NCBI RefSeq assembly: GCF_009914755.1
Contig: NC_060926.1
DNA: 64,000 nt
Reading direction: 5' to 3' (one strand)
DNA from: the human T2T-CHM13v2.0 reference genome, Homo sapiens
In this document: one piece after another, positions 1 to 13,050 of the stretch
How the letters are laid out: every line of letters begins with the position of its first letter
Position numbering within the stretch: position 1 is the first letter of the stretch
Position numbers and translations under genes: made by a program
The notes under the pieces: generated by a model
Told to the model about the DNA's origin: nothing
What the model saw: the letters and a program-made list of their open reading frames with translations, nothing else
The model's database searches: none

Positions 1-2155
1 CTCCTTTAATTTGTAAAGACCTTTTGGATTAGGTTTAGTTCTCTTCTGAAGATACCATTTCCATTTTAACAGAGGCATCTCTGGACTTGCTGAGCCCCTT
101 CTGGGAAACATCTCTAACCCAGGGCATTACAGGAACTCATCACGTGCATGTAGCGTCATCAGCCATAGGTCAGTGGACACCTCTGTCTCTGATAGAGCCC
201 GGGAGGCTGCCAAAATATAGTTTTCTAGAAAAGGATACAAAGTGGTTTGTGGTAGTCACCTGGTCCATAATCCCATGGGTAACCAAGAGTTGGCAAGTCG
301 TGTCCACAGGCTCCAGGAAGCATAGTCTACAATGGTCAGTGATTCTGAACAAAAGTCAGACCATGGAGGCACTAGGGGCAGGGCCCGTTGTGCTGCTTGT
401 TGAGCCAATTTTCATGCCCCAACTCTGGGGCTTTCCAGAGTGGAAGGAACTGAATCTGCATGTAACAGTGTAGATAAGTTTAAGGGGTAATGTGAAATGT
501 GTAATGTGTTGTGGGTAAAGTGAGTAAAGGCCCAGAAGGTGTTATGTTTGAGTGTCTGAGATGGTCAAATTGTGAGTAAATGATATTTGACTGTAGGGGA
601 GATTTCTCCACCTTTAGCTGCCTATATAGACCCCAGGAACTTTATTGAGGTGGCAGGCCTCTATATTTCATGGGGAGCAATGGCCCAACCTAGGTCCTGT
701 ACATATTGAATTAGAATATTTAAATCTTTTTTTTTACTGCCTCTCTAGAAGGCCCTTTTAATATCATGCCATGTACATAGTGCCAAACCTGGCAGTATTT
801 TAATTTTGATTGTTAGAGAACTTGCTGGCAAAGGTTGTGGGCAATAGCTGGGCTGTTCAGGTATCCCATAGGAAGATGAGTGAACATGTATTATGCTCCC
901 TTGAAGATGAAGGCAAATTGGCTTTGGGAATCTACTGAAATTGGAATGGAATAAAATCTATTGGCCAGACCCACTGCTGAAAAATGTGAACCAAGTGCCT
1001 TTTGGATACTTTCCATTAATTCAACAATGTCAGGAATGGGGGCCTTAATAGGTGGCACCTGGGAATTTAAATTACATTAATTTTTAGTCTCCATTCATTT
1101 GTGGTGACTTTTAATATGGGCCAAATTGGACTATTAGTGTAAAATAATGGGGACAATAACTCCTTCTGGTAATAGAATTAGTGGTCATAGCCCTTCTGTA
1201 GCTAGTTTTAGTAGTTACAGTGGTGTATTTACCACCTTGATGGGGGCTGGCAACTGTAGTGGGTCCTACTTGTATTTTCCCACCAGCAGTGCTATGAATT
1301 TAAATTTGTTCTAGCTGAAGTGGCAGTGAGCCAATGCATCAATCCCTATAATGAGAAAAGAAAGAGCCAGTGAAGCCACCATCACTAACAGAATTAATGA
1401 AAACATTTCTAATAGATGCAAAAATTAAGACGTGTTTCTCTTAAATAACCTTTCTGGCCATGCCCTGCAAATTGTATGTGGCATCTTTTGGGTGTAAGCT
1501 AAGATTTCCTAAGATAACAGAGACCTGGACACCAAGTGTCCAGCAGGACTAAGAACCCTTGGGAGTTACCCATATTCCAATGAACCACCAATGTTGTAAA
1601 AGGGTGATTGTCCTGAATGGCAGGACAAGGCCCAGGGAGGAGCCAAACTCCTATGGCAGGAAGTTGGGGATCACCAATCCTGAGGTTTGGGGAAGGGGGT
1701 TTGCTCCCCTTATCGTTTTAGAAGATTGTCCCCTTGGGATCCCTGAATGGACGCTTGGGGAGGACACTGCCAAAGCTGTAGTTGTGTTAAGTACATCTTT
1801 TTTCCTTCATAATTTAAAGTCAGGATGGCTTGTGATTCATTCATCTGGAATGTCCATATCCCTTAATTGACAGTATAGTGGCCATTCAGAGGGTTGTGGG
1901 AGCATTTCTAGATGAGGAGGTCTTGGCACCAGGAGGAGGGACATGGATTATATTGTCCTGTATTGGGGGCTTCTCTCAGTATTCAATAATTTGGAATCAG
2001 GGTGAGAGCTCCCCTCAAAACGTGCCAATAAAGCTCTACCCACTAATGCTTCTTGTTTGGTGTGTATAGTGCCTATCAAATTTAACAATAAGGCCTTATA
2101 GTTAGGAGGGGCATACTGATAAAGAAAGATCTGTGAGAATATATGCTTTAGCATC
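1..2155 (-). mobile_element. Decayed class III (ERVL/HERV-L-related) endogenous retrovirus internal region: gag C-terminus, protease, RT and RT-RNaseH connection; continues off the left edge
   Basis: Manual minus-strand translation gives motifs colinear with HERV-L Pol: protease LLDT (1535-1546, frameshift after it), NSPIWPI, LANRFYSIPI..QFAF, LPMGYLNSPAIAHNL (LPMGY 861-875), degenerate catalytic YVHG for YxDD (768-779), GWAIAP..PATSIKFLG, AQQAAQRALPL, LLKWKWYLQ (KWKWY 52-66). Many stops and frameshifts. Confidence 0.85.
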
Positions 2156-5136
2156 TACTATATGTATGAAAGGTTTTATTTTGGAATTTATGTAGATGTA
2201 TAGTACATGGTTTCTGATATCAGTGAGCTTGTAATATATAAAGTCAATGATAAACACATAAATACTGTATAAGGAACTATGACAGTGATAATAGGGTTAT
2301 AAAAATTGCTATGAAATATTGAAGAAAATAGTTTATTCCACCTTAGAGAAGACTTCAGGAAAAGTTTATTGATATTTTATGTATTAGTATAATGGTGCTG
2401 TTCCTCATCATCATAGAGTGTCCTGATTTTTCATTCTTTTTTTTTCATAGAGTTGGATTTATATTGTGTAAGCTACAATGACCATAAAAGTAATTAACCC
2501 ATTTAGTGACTAAGTGAATGACCCTGATTTCACTCATCAGAGAATTGCTGTACATGCTGAAGCCTGCATTGTTTCATTATTTTCCCTTGTCCTCATATTG
2601 CTGTTAAGCTTTTCACACTTGCTCTTAAAGCCCCACCCAGTAATTTTGTAGGACTCTACTGAATCTTCAGGATTTTTATTTTATTTAACCTGAATATGCA
2701 AAACAATCCCTCCTCTGACTCTCTTTTTGTTTGTCTGTATGTTTGCTGATATGAAAGCTCTTATGGAATTTAGAAAAATCCAAGGATGAAGCTGTCATCA
2801 GTTCATACATAAAGTGGAGATTGTGACAATGTCAGAGTGGGTATTATGAAATTAATTTTTGTATTTTTAAATGCTTAGCAAACCACTTGTCTCATACTAG
2901 ATTCATAATATATGTTTCTTTATTATGGATAAAATAATGGAGAAAATCCTATGTCTTGTAATGTAGTGTACACTTTTCAACACATATTGAATGACAAGCA
3001 ATAGTGATGGTCTACATCTCAGGGCTAGAAGTTGAGGTAAGGATATTAACAATATATTTTGTTGCTTAAAGTTAGACAGGTCCTACTAAAACAGGAAGAT
3101 ATTATTTCACAAAAACAACTTTAGAATTTTAAATTGACAGAATTTTCTATGGGAAGATATTAATAAATATTAGCTAATGCAGACAGAAATAAAAGTTCCT
3201 TAATGTTTATGGACTATATTTTCATGAAATGTATATACGGCCAATGTCACAGCATTCATTTGTCATTATTTCAACTTTTCCATTAAAAAATTAAAAGCAT
3301 CAATATATGCACTTTCTATATTATTATATAACAGTAATAATGGCAGTTAGAAAGAACTGCCAGCTACTGTTAGATCAATATTTTTTGGTAATTAGATTCA
3401 TCACACAGTGACTGGTCTGGGTTGCTTATAACCTGCTTTCATACAACTTTAAATTATTTGTTCTTAAGCTGAGTAAATTTCAAAAGTCATACACAGCATT
3501 TGCTGCAAGTATCTCTGAAGAATATGATAACAACAATTGAAATAATGGTCATGCTATAATTTTATTTTATGAAAGGGAAGTATACCTAATTGTAACATAT
3601 TTTCCCCCAAACTATATGTGCCTCAACTGTCAATCAAATGGATTCCTTACCACTGAATCTAATGAAATATATAAAGCTTTTTTTTTTAAAGCATTTGATT
3701 GACAGGAAAGTTTGTCGTACATAAATCTGATACTAGAGTTGAGTATAACAAGGGTTTTGACTGACAGGTTAACAACTGAACTATCCACCCTTATTTTGTG
3801 TTGCTCTATAACATTTCCAAAATTGAATGAAGGATTCCAGGATTCTAATTTCTACAGAAGATTTTTTTTTCTTTTTTTTTTAAACCAGGGATCTTTTTTT
3901 TTTTTTTTGAGGGAGACAATAGATTAAAATCAGAACAGATTAAAATGGTAAGGCTAAGATGAAACTACTTTGATTATACTCTTTTTGGAAAATTAATTTT
4001 AAATCATTTGATATGTTTTAGTGTCAGAATAACTACAAAAAGAAAAGGAGCTCTTAAGACAACAAAAATAACTGCCAGATTAATAAGAAAAATAGTTACA
4101 ATGCTATGTAGATTTTTTAATATAATAATTTATTTTTATGATTTATTAGGTAGTCAACTCATTTTAGTTACAGTTCAGATTTTAGTTATAAGAAAACAGT
4201 GGAAGTTTACAGGGAAAAATATATAGCAACTGCAAATATACCATTTCTGATATTGTAAATTCAGTTTCATTGCAGATGCTTTCATTTTAGATTTAGTTTT
4301 ATTACAGATAGAATGAGACTATGTTTCATTTTATATTCAACTATGTTCCAAAACAAGAATAAAGGTTAGATTTTATATATCAAAGTAAACTTTATAATAA
4401 TCCCACATTGTTTGTGTAAAAACCTTTCAAATGTAATAATTATATTTTAACCAACAATTGTGTTTTTATTTGACATAACTGAATTGACTGGTTTAAATTA
4501 CTTATAATAATGAATAGCCCATTTATGGCAAAACTTAAAAGAATAAATGTTCTTAGAAAGAATAAAAAAAAACAAAGGGAAATGAAAGAACTCTGTGGCA
4601 AATAAGATACCAAAGATAAAATTAATTTTCAAAGAACTAGCATAAGCTTTGAAGTTGTATTTTAAAATACAACAAAATATTTCAATTAAAATATATTGTT
4701 TTGTTTTTCTTCACATAGCACTCATGTTTTCTATTTTTGCAATAGTGGAATTTATTAGAAAAGGATTGAAGTGTTTCAGACCCACTGTGTCACCGAAGAT
4801 TAAGTTCAACTGCAAGTAGCAATAAGCCCTAAGTAACAGTGGTTTACAGAAAATACTCAAGCTGGGCTCTGACTCTGTGAAACTGCAATCATTGGTCTAC
4901 CTATAAACTCTTCAAGTATTTAAATAAACTACTAATAATGGCTCAAATTTTGCTTAACCCTGAATTCAAACATGCTTACTTCCAACAATCATATGCCCCT
5001 CAACTATCCCCATTGTTTTGCACTGATAGATACATGTTTATAATTGCTTACCTTAAATTTTGGTACTCAGAACTAGCAAAGATAGCCTTCACTCAAATAT
5101 AACCCTGCAATATAAGCCAGAAAAAATAAGTATATA

Positions 5137-5206
5137 TATTCCCAGAAATACTCTTAAGGCATCATTCCAGTTATTCCCAGAAATACTCTAATGCATCATT
5201 CCAGTT
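5137..5206. repeat. Two-copy ~35-bp tandem duplication
   Basis: tattcccagaaatactcttaaggcatcattccagt followed directly by tattcccagaaatactctaatgcatcattccagt (one indel, one substitution). Confidence 0.85.
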
Positions 5207-5395
5207 GTTTGGTTATATAATAGGGGTTCATTAAATAATTGTTAAGTGAATGAATGAGAGTTTGTATCCTAATGCAAAAAACAAAATCAAACAAACAAAA
5301 CACCCAAATTAACATGGGACTTTAAAAAGCAACCAATGACAAATAAGGTACTACCAGCCAAATGAAAGAATAAACAGTTTTTATTCTTGTATTAA

Positions 5396-5585
5396 AATAT
5401 TGTCCCAATGTATTTCAAAATTGCTGAAAGAGTAGATCTTAAGAGTTCTTACCACAAAAAAGTATATAAGGTAATACATGTATTAAATAGCCTTATTTAG
5501 TCATTCCATACTGGATGCACATTACAAAACATCATATTGTGCCCCATAAATATATACAATTATTATTGATCAGTTAAAAACAAAA
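5396..5585 (+). mobile_element. Old L1 (L1MA/L1MB-type) 3' end fragment
   Basis: aaaattgctgaaagagtagatcttaagagttcttaccacaaaaa...cataaatatatacaat resembles the L1M 3' UTR terminus and ends A-rich. Confidence 0.7.
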
Positions 5586-5789
5586 ACCCTGTCACACTAC
5601 CCAGAAGCAGGATGGATAAAACTCACCTCTTGTTTCCTCACTGATCCAAAGCTGTTTTTTTTTCCTTTACTCTCATTCCTTAAGAAACTCACCTTAATGC
5701 AGGTTTTTATCTGGAATTATGGGATTAAAATATTTTAATAAGGAGCAGGATGAAAACAATATGAATAATCATATTCCAACACCCAAGGG

Positions 5790-6170
5790 ATCATCATAGA
5801 TGAACATGAAATTCTAGGGAACACTGACCAGGGAAGAGAGAGAGAGCTTGAGGTATTTATTGCCTCCATTCCTACTCTATCTCACCTCAAACATGACAGT
5901 GGCCAGGTTTGTGGGTAGAGGTGCTTTGCAGAGGCCTTCCTTCCAGCTTCCAAGGTTTCTCCAGCCTCCTTTAACACTGTCCCTTCCCTCTTTGCCTTCA
6001 AGTTGGGTATTGGTATCAGCATTCCTCTGCTACTAATCCCTGGAGAGTTTACCAGCCTTGTTGTTCTCTTTAACTCTGCTTACATCTGTGTAAATAAACT
6101 CTTCATTAAACTATCCTTAGTTAAACCCCTGGAGCATGCCATCTATGTCTTGCTAAAACCAGTTTGCACA
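5790..6170 (+). mobile_element. ERVL-class LTR fragment (LTR33-like)
   Basis: 3' part tgtaaataaactcttcattaaactatcc...gagcatgccatctatgtcttgc resembles the LTR33/LTR41 R-U5 end. Confidence 0.5.
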
Positions 6171-7043
6171 GTTTTTGATGTATGCATTTTCTTAAGTATT
6201 TCTTGATGCCATGATTTCTCATGTGTATTTCACTTCTCTCTTTCTAACGATTTTTAAAATAGCAGTTATTTTTCTGTGTGCAATGAAATAATTGGATATG
6301 TATTTTTTAAAAAGAACACTAGAAATGACAATGACTAAACAATGTCTCCTGGGAGTGATAAGAAAAAAAAATCGTAAACTATCCTTCTAAGAAGAATACT
6401 GCTATTGTCAAATGAATTATTTAGAAAAATATATTCAGCAGTTTTCACATGATTTAAAGCCTCTCTAATTCCAGGAAAAAAGAAATAAAGGTGGATTTTG
6501 GTGTTTATGTATATGGGAGAAGCATGAATATATAAGTGGGTGCAGAAAGATCTTCACTAATAATTTAATGAACTGTGTTAATTTTAATTTCATCAAAATC
6601 TCAGGTTACTTGATTCTTAAAAGAAGAATGAAAGTCCCATATATTGCAAAAGCATTTATGACAAATTGAGTACTTAATGAAGTTCTTTGAGACCCATAAT
6701 GAAGCATATGATTGAATTTTAAACTATGAGAAATTATAAAATAAAATTGTGTTTTTAGTTTTCCACATAACATTTATTTCAAAATATCTGTTATATGGGA
6801 ATGTCTAAATTTCTTCTAAGACTTTGTAATATTTTTGAAGGTTTTTTTTTGTAATCATTAAGAGACCCCCATGTTTTAAGAGAGTTTTATATTACTAACT
6901 AGAAAATTATAATTTTAGAATACATGCCTATGGATTATTGTAGCCAATTTCTTGAAGTTTATATATTATATTCTTTAACTTTATAACCTTTAAATGGTGT
7001 TTAATTAATTCTAATAACTTTTGTTTTGTACTGTATGTAGTTA

Positions 7044-8691
7044 CGATGGCAGCGGCGGCGTGTCTGAAGCTGCCGCTGCCATGACATGGGCTGTAGTGGA
7101 GAGGTGCGGCCAGGACTGCAGTGGGGAGGTGTGGCCGGGGCTGCATGTTCCACGGAGCCAGCAGGAGCTGGGAACAGGCGGAAGCTCACCCCCTTCCGAG
7201 TTGGAGGGGCAGGAATCCTGCCCTTCTGGGTGTCGCTGCAGTCATCCAACCACGACTGCAAACCGGGGGCACCTCTGCACTCTCTGGTACCTGGTAACCC
7301 TCCTGTGCCCGCACAAGCTCGGAAGTACCTGATCCTGCTGCTGGGCCTCTCCCCGCTCCTGGTACCCACTCCTATTTCGGAGCAAAATTGTAGCCAAGAC
7401 CAGGTGCTGTCACAACCTAGAAACGTGTGTGTGTGCTTGGCCCCCTCCGGACTTTGGGCGCTGAAAGCACCAGAGGGAGGCAGAAGGTAGGCTAAGGGCT
7501 GCGTGGTGCAGGCCTGCAGGCACCCCTCGGCAGGAACAGCTTGAGAGCCATGGGAACCGTGGATGAGAGGTTAATTGTCGTACGAGGCAGACAGGCTTCT
7601 GGGTGGAAAGGGACAGGTCACCAGTGAAACCCCATCTTCAGGCCAGGGACGGCCTGATGCCTGGGGTCTAGGCTCCCAGTTACTGGGACCATAGTGAGAA
7701 CTTATGGTGCTTTTTCCCGGCCCACCAACAGCTGCCCATTGACCAATCAGCACACACTTCCTCACCTCTGAAGTGCGCAGAAACCTGGGACTCAGCCCTA
7801 CTTAGTGAGACTACAAGATGACCTGCCTGTGGAGAGGAGTTACCTATTTTGGGTCTTCTCTCAGCTGAGAGCTGAGCAGGCAATGGGACAACCAGCCTGC
7901 AGAGAGGAGCCTGTGTCTCTCCTCTCAGCTGAGAGCTGAGCAGGCAATGGGACAACCAGCCTGCAGAGGGGAGCCTGTGTCTCGCCTCTCTGCTGAGAGC
8001 TAGACTCTGGTTGGGAAGACCTGACTGTGAAGAGGAGCTACCCACTGCAAGTCTCCTATGAGCTGTTCTGTCACTCAATAAATCACCTCTTCGCCTTGCT
8101 CACCCTCCACTAGTCCATGTACCTCATTCTTCCTGGATGTGGGACAAGAACTCGGGACCTGCTACATGGTGGAGCCAAAAGAGATGTAACAAAAATGGCT
8201 GAAACACGCCCCTTTCTCTCCATGTTGTGGGTGACAAGAAGGAAAGAAGACCTGTGGTCCTTTGGGAAGCCCAGACCTAGGAGCTCCTCGAGCCACGGCT
8301 GTGACAAGCTCTTTGGTGCTCTGCGATTCCTGGCATCTCCTACCTTCTGTGCCAGCTGTGGAAGCAGCTTGCGGTATGCTTGGTCCAGAGCAGCCTCTGA
8401 GGGAGCTGGTGCCCGTGTGGGAGCCTGGAGCTTCCCAACCTGCTGCAGCCACTGTGCCTGGCTGTGTGCAGTGGCCGGACCCCAGGCTTCCCTTTTCACA
8501 CACCCTTGCCGCTCCACACCTGGCTCACCCTTGGCAGGCATGAGATCCAGGCAGGTAGCACAAGCCAAGTGCAACCTGCCAGGCCAAGTGGGAGGAACAA
8601 GGCCAGCAGGCCCAAGCAAAACTTGGGCAAAGGCACCACCAGCCACAGAGATTTATGGTTGGAAAAGCAATACCCCGAGAATCCTGTGACA
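7044..8691 (+). mobile_element. MER52-family (ERV1) solo LTR, about 1.65 kb, full length
   Basis: Starts (c)gatggcagcggcgg and ends gaatcctgtgaca. 4-bp TSD GTTA at 7040-7043 and 8692-8695. CCAAT box near 7744, AATAAA at 8077-8082. GC-rich island in AT-rich flanks. Confidence 0.9.
7858..8001 (+). repeat. 64-bp tandem repeat inside the MER52 LTR (2 copies plus a partial third)
   Basis: Unit ctctcagctgagagctgagcaggcaatgggacaaccagcctgcagag.. starts at 7858 and 7922 (2 mismatches), partial copy at 7986. Confidence 0.85.
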
Positions 8692-9329
8692 GTTATATAC
8701 ATAATTTTTTCTTTAAAATAAACTATTTCACATCAACATATGTAGAAATATATTTGGGGCTAATTTTGTTTATTGGGTTCCCAATTTTTCTACATAGATA
8801 TTCCTAATAAGTTTTGTGTCAATGGGAAATGCATCTTAGGAGCATTTCCTGCATGCATCTTAGGAAATGCATGCAGTCACTAGGAGCATGAAAAAGGAAG
8901 ATATTGATGCATTGATGCTGGTCATTAAATAATTATTATTACATTGACTTTAAAAAATTCTACTCCTCTATAATTTCAATTTTAAGAAATATTCAAAATT
9001 CTATAGTGAACAGAAATTTATTTTCATTAGATTGAGTAAACTAAATACTCATAAAGTGATATAATAAGAATTTTAAGAAATGGACAGCTCATGCCTGTTA
9101 AGAGCTTACACTTTTGGAATGTTGATTTCAGAGAACAATTTGAGTTTAGTCGTTATGGACGTTTTTCTTTGATAAATCCTTTGGAGTGGGACAGAGCAGA
9201 GAAATCTTCTTGCTTAAAAGACACAGAAATCAATGGTTGGATATCAGAATCATTTCTGGGAAAGATCGCTTCCAGCCATTTTTGCCTTTTATCCACAGTC
9301 TCCAATGCTACACCATAGTTTCTAGACTC

Positions 9330-9640
9330 TATTGTTTTCTGCATCCAGGTAGGCATCAGAATCATCTAAAGTACTGCTTCTCAAAATGCTACATACACAG
9401 GAAACACCTGTGTCTCTTGTTAAGATGTAGATTCTGACTCAGTATGTCTAGAATGTGGGTGAGAATTTTGAAATTCTGAAAAATTCCCAAGTCAGACTAC
9501 ACAGTCTACAGATTATATTTTGAGGAGCAAAGACTTAGGGCATCTATTAAAAAAGACTGTTGGACTCCCTAGTTAGAATTCTGTTTCAGAACATCCATGG
9601 GTAGGCTAGGAAATCTTTATTTTTATGGCAAGCACTGTTT
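9330..9640. mobile_element. hAT-Charlie MITEs: MER5B-like copy (about 9372-9531) nested in a MER5A-like copy
   Basis: tactgcttctcaaa...cttgttaagatgtagattctgactcagta...ttttgaggagcaa matches MER5B. The flanks catcagaatcatct and ggcatctattaaaa...ggtaggctaggaaatctttattttta join into a second MER5. Confidence 0.6.
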
Positions 9641-10319
9641 TACTATTTCCACTAGTCTGCTTTCTATTTAAAAATTAAGGCCTCAGATTCTCTAAATAAA
9701 AATTAAAGGTCTATCATCTTTTTGTTATTTAAATTTCCAATCACTTACTCAAAGGTCTAATCATAGAAATGTCTCTGATAGACCAGAAACATAAAAGTTT
9801 CATAAGAAGCACAACTTGCACACTTATCTATGTACAAGAGATAATAGATTCCAGGAATCAGACAGCATACATTTTAATACTGGAAATCTCACACAGGGTT
9901 GGATGCAATTTTAATACCCATGCTTTTAGATATATCTAAGCATCAAGGTTACTTTAAGGAATATATAAACAAAATAAATGCTGACTAGTTTTACAGAGCT
10001 GCAAAAACACTATTTTAAAAATTTCCATGCATATATAAAATATTGATTCCTCAATTACTAATAAAAAATGTAATATACATATTGGAAAATAGCACACCAT
10101 ATAACTGATAATGTTTTACATTCAGATGTTATTCACCTGCCTTTTATTCTAATAACATATAAAAATAGAAGTAATTGGGGAAAAAATGAAGAAAGGACAC
10201 TTCTGAGTATTTTTCTAAAATAATTAGCAACAATTGAATGCTACTATTATAGTTGATAAGAGTGTGTGCTTCAATGAATATCTCCAAAATCATTAATTCA
10301 ATACAACATAATTCATACA

Positions 10320-10761
10320 ATAAATTTCAATGAATGATACTCATTCACTATAGCATTTCCAGTAACTATTTTGTGTCAAGCACTGTTTTAGGTGTTAGAA
10401 ATTCAGAGGCAAATAAAACAAACAAAAAAGAATCTACAAATATGGATCTTATATTCTCCTGAGAGAGACCAAAAATAAACTAAAAAGATTGATATTCTGT
10501 TAAATTTTACATAGTGAAAGTGTTATAAAAAAATAAAGTCAGTGAAAGTAAATAGAAAAATGCAAGAATTGTTTTTATTTTGCTTTGCTTTGCTTTTTTG
10601 AGGTTTGAGGGGGCATTTATTGAGCAGATAAAAGAATGACGTGAGGGAGAGGAGCACATAAGAATCCGGAGGAATCATCCCAGGCAGATGGAACCACAAA
10701 AGTGGAAGCACTACACCAGGAATATCTTTAGTGGACATGAAATCAGAAAAGAAAAGCAAGT

Positions 10762-10792
<31 letters not shown>

Positions 10793-11130
10793 GAAGGGGA
10801 GTTGGTTCATGAGGGCCTGGCTGAATGAATTGTGTAAGGTCTTCAGGCCATAAGAAATTGTTTTTACTCTAAATAAAGCATTGGAAATTTTTGAACAGGA
10901 TTTTTAAAGGACCACTGACTTCCTGTGTGGAAGACAAAATAAAGGGGAAGAAAAGTGAAAGCAAGAAAGCAAGTTAGAAGTCTAATATAAAAAGTAAATA
11001 AAAATTCAGAAGAAAGATGAAAAGGTCTTGTAATAGGATGGCAGTATGAAGGGAGTGCTTGAGAAATATTCACCATTAAGGTGTTTTGAAAAAGTGGCTG
11101 ATTTCATTCTTGCTGTGAGAGATGAGAAAT
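10320..11130 (-). mobile_element. L2 LINE relic containing a (TG)n tract at about 10760-10792
   Basis: tgtgtcaagcactgttttaggtgttagaaattcagaggcaaataaaac and the downstream purine-rich L2-like sequence. Confidence 0.55.
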
Positions 11131-11942
11131 GACTATTCATCCATAATTTTTCATAAATTATTACCTGAACAAACTCTTAGCATGTCATTTTAATGAATAA
11201 AAACATAGACTATGAATGACAGAAGTTATACAGCCTTGTTATTTTAAGGCTTCTTTAAGAATAACTTCAATATTATTTCATTTGCAGAAAATTGTAAAAG
11301 AAAAACAGAATTTTTGAATTATGTTTTTTGATAATATTTCTAATACAATTACCATTGACTTTTATCTTACAACTTATCTAGGTAGAAAAATATTTTCCCC
11401 CTAAACTTTGAGAATATATTTAAAGGAATTTTAACGGGTTGTTATAATTACAATAAGATGAGTCAAATCAAAATTAGTGAAATAAGTATCACAATATCAA
11501 TGAATATTTTCAGATTCATTTTTTGACAAATATAGTTAACAAATTTAAGCAGACATAAATACTATAGACATTTTTACAAATGTAATTCATGTAACATACA
11601 CTTTTAAGTATCAGGTTGACAAAGATTAAATATTACCCAAAAAACCCACCTTGTCCTTTTTATTTAAATATCCCTAGAGCAAAATTCAATGTCAATGTTG
11701 ATAGTATGTATAATACCCCAAACAAGGAGTTTTGTGGCCCATTCCACAGTCCCAACACTTCTAATCAATGAACACAAATGGAACCTGTTCATCGTCAAGA
11801 ACTATTCCACCCTCCAAAATTTTTAATCCATCCTTGCGTGTTAGGCTTTCTTTCAAGAGTATATCACCCAATATAAATCTTTAAATATAAACTCCATATG
11901 AATATTTTCCAAATCCAGATATCTATCTTGTCCTTTCTCCCC

Positions 11943-12131
11943 TCTCTCTCTCTCTCTATATATATATATACACACACACACATATATACGTATATATATA
12001 CACACAGATATATATATACATATATATACACACAGATATATATATACATATATATACACACAGATATATATATACATATATATACACACACATATATATG
12101 TGTATATATATATACATATATAGAGAGAGAG
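11943..12131. repeat. Compound (TC)n-(TA/CA)n-(GA)n microsatellite
   Basis: Directly visible dinucleotide tracts; source of the spurious Y/I/C-rich ORFs at 11853-12293. Confidence 0.95.
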
Positions 12132-13050
12132 TTTATTTGGGATGGCACTGATAGTCTGAAACACAACTGACCACCTTTCTTTATCAAAAATTCTTCTTGG
12201 TTTGTTTCCTATGCTTTTAAAGTATGCCATATATTCAGTCACAATGGCGAGAAATTTTTTAAAAATATCTTTAACTTTCAATCTGTCTTTCATATTGTTC
12301 TCTACCCTGTATTACTGATATGCCCTGATATGGACATATCAATAATATCTAGTAATCTAGTTCTGATATGGACTAGATTTTTACTGTCTATTTTTCTAGT
12401 TCAAGATCTCCTCATCCCTGATCTAGACAATTACAAACATTTTCTAACTTTTCATCCTATTTTCAGCCCCTTTTCTCTATACAACATCTCACACATTGCT
12501 ATCATGGTTATTTTCCCAGATATAGCTGGATCCAGCTTTTTTATGCCGCTTCCTCATAAAAAAGACAATGAATGCTACCCCTTGCCATCAGAATATATTA
12601 TAATTCCTTATGAGATACAAAGCTCACTAGTGAGCTACAACCTCAACTCTTTCAGAATATTTTTAACATTTTATTTAATTTATAATCTTTATTGTTCTAT
12701 TTATAATCTTCACTTTAATTGTTGATCCTTGTCCCCACGGCACTGTAACACACGGTCTCAGTTAGTAACTCTATCACCTTGAATTAGACACACACATGAA
12801 TATGTGCATACACATACATATATACAATCTTTCTTTTTGAATGGAGTGCATGGAATAGTGGCTGTAGAAGGTTAAACTACAGGCTATCACATCCACCTGC
12901 GTATTTAACAGATCTAGAAACTTTTAAAACAAGCTTATTAAGAGAGGTGACATAGTAAAATTTAGGTGTTGTGAAGGAAAAAATAAATGTTGAGTTACAG
13001 CCGTAGGGTCCCTACTCTCCAGCTTCTGGTCACATGGTATGATAACTTAC

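Noticed and set aside
87-473. 128-aa + strand ORF
   Set aside because: It is antisense to the decayed ERVL pol; the meaningful frame is on the minus strand and is broken.
7001-8721. Many overlapping ORFs up to 190 aa
   Set aside because: All lie within the GC-rich MER52 LTR, where stops are scarce on both strands; no recognisable domain.
11853-12293. 146-aa and 107-aa Y/I/C/V-rich ORFs (similar ones at 15468-15753 and 50081-50337)
   Set aside because: Translations of (TA)/(CA) microsatellites.
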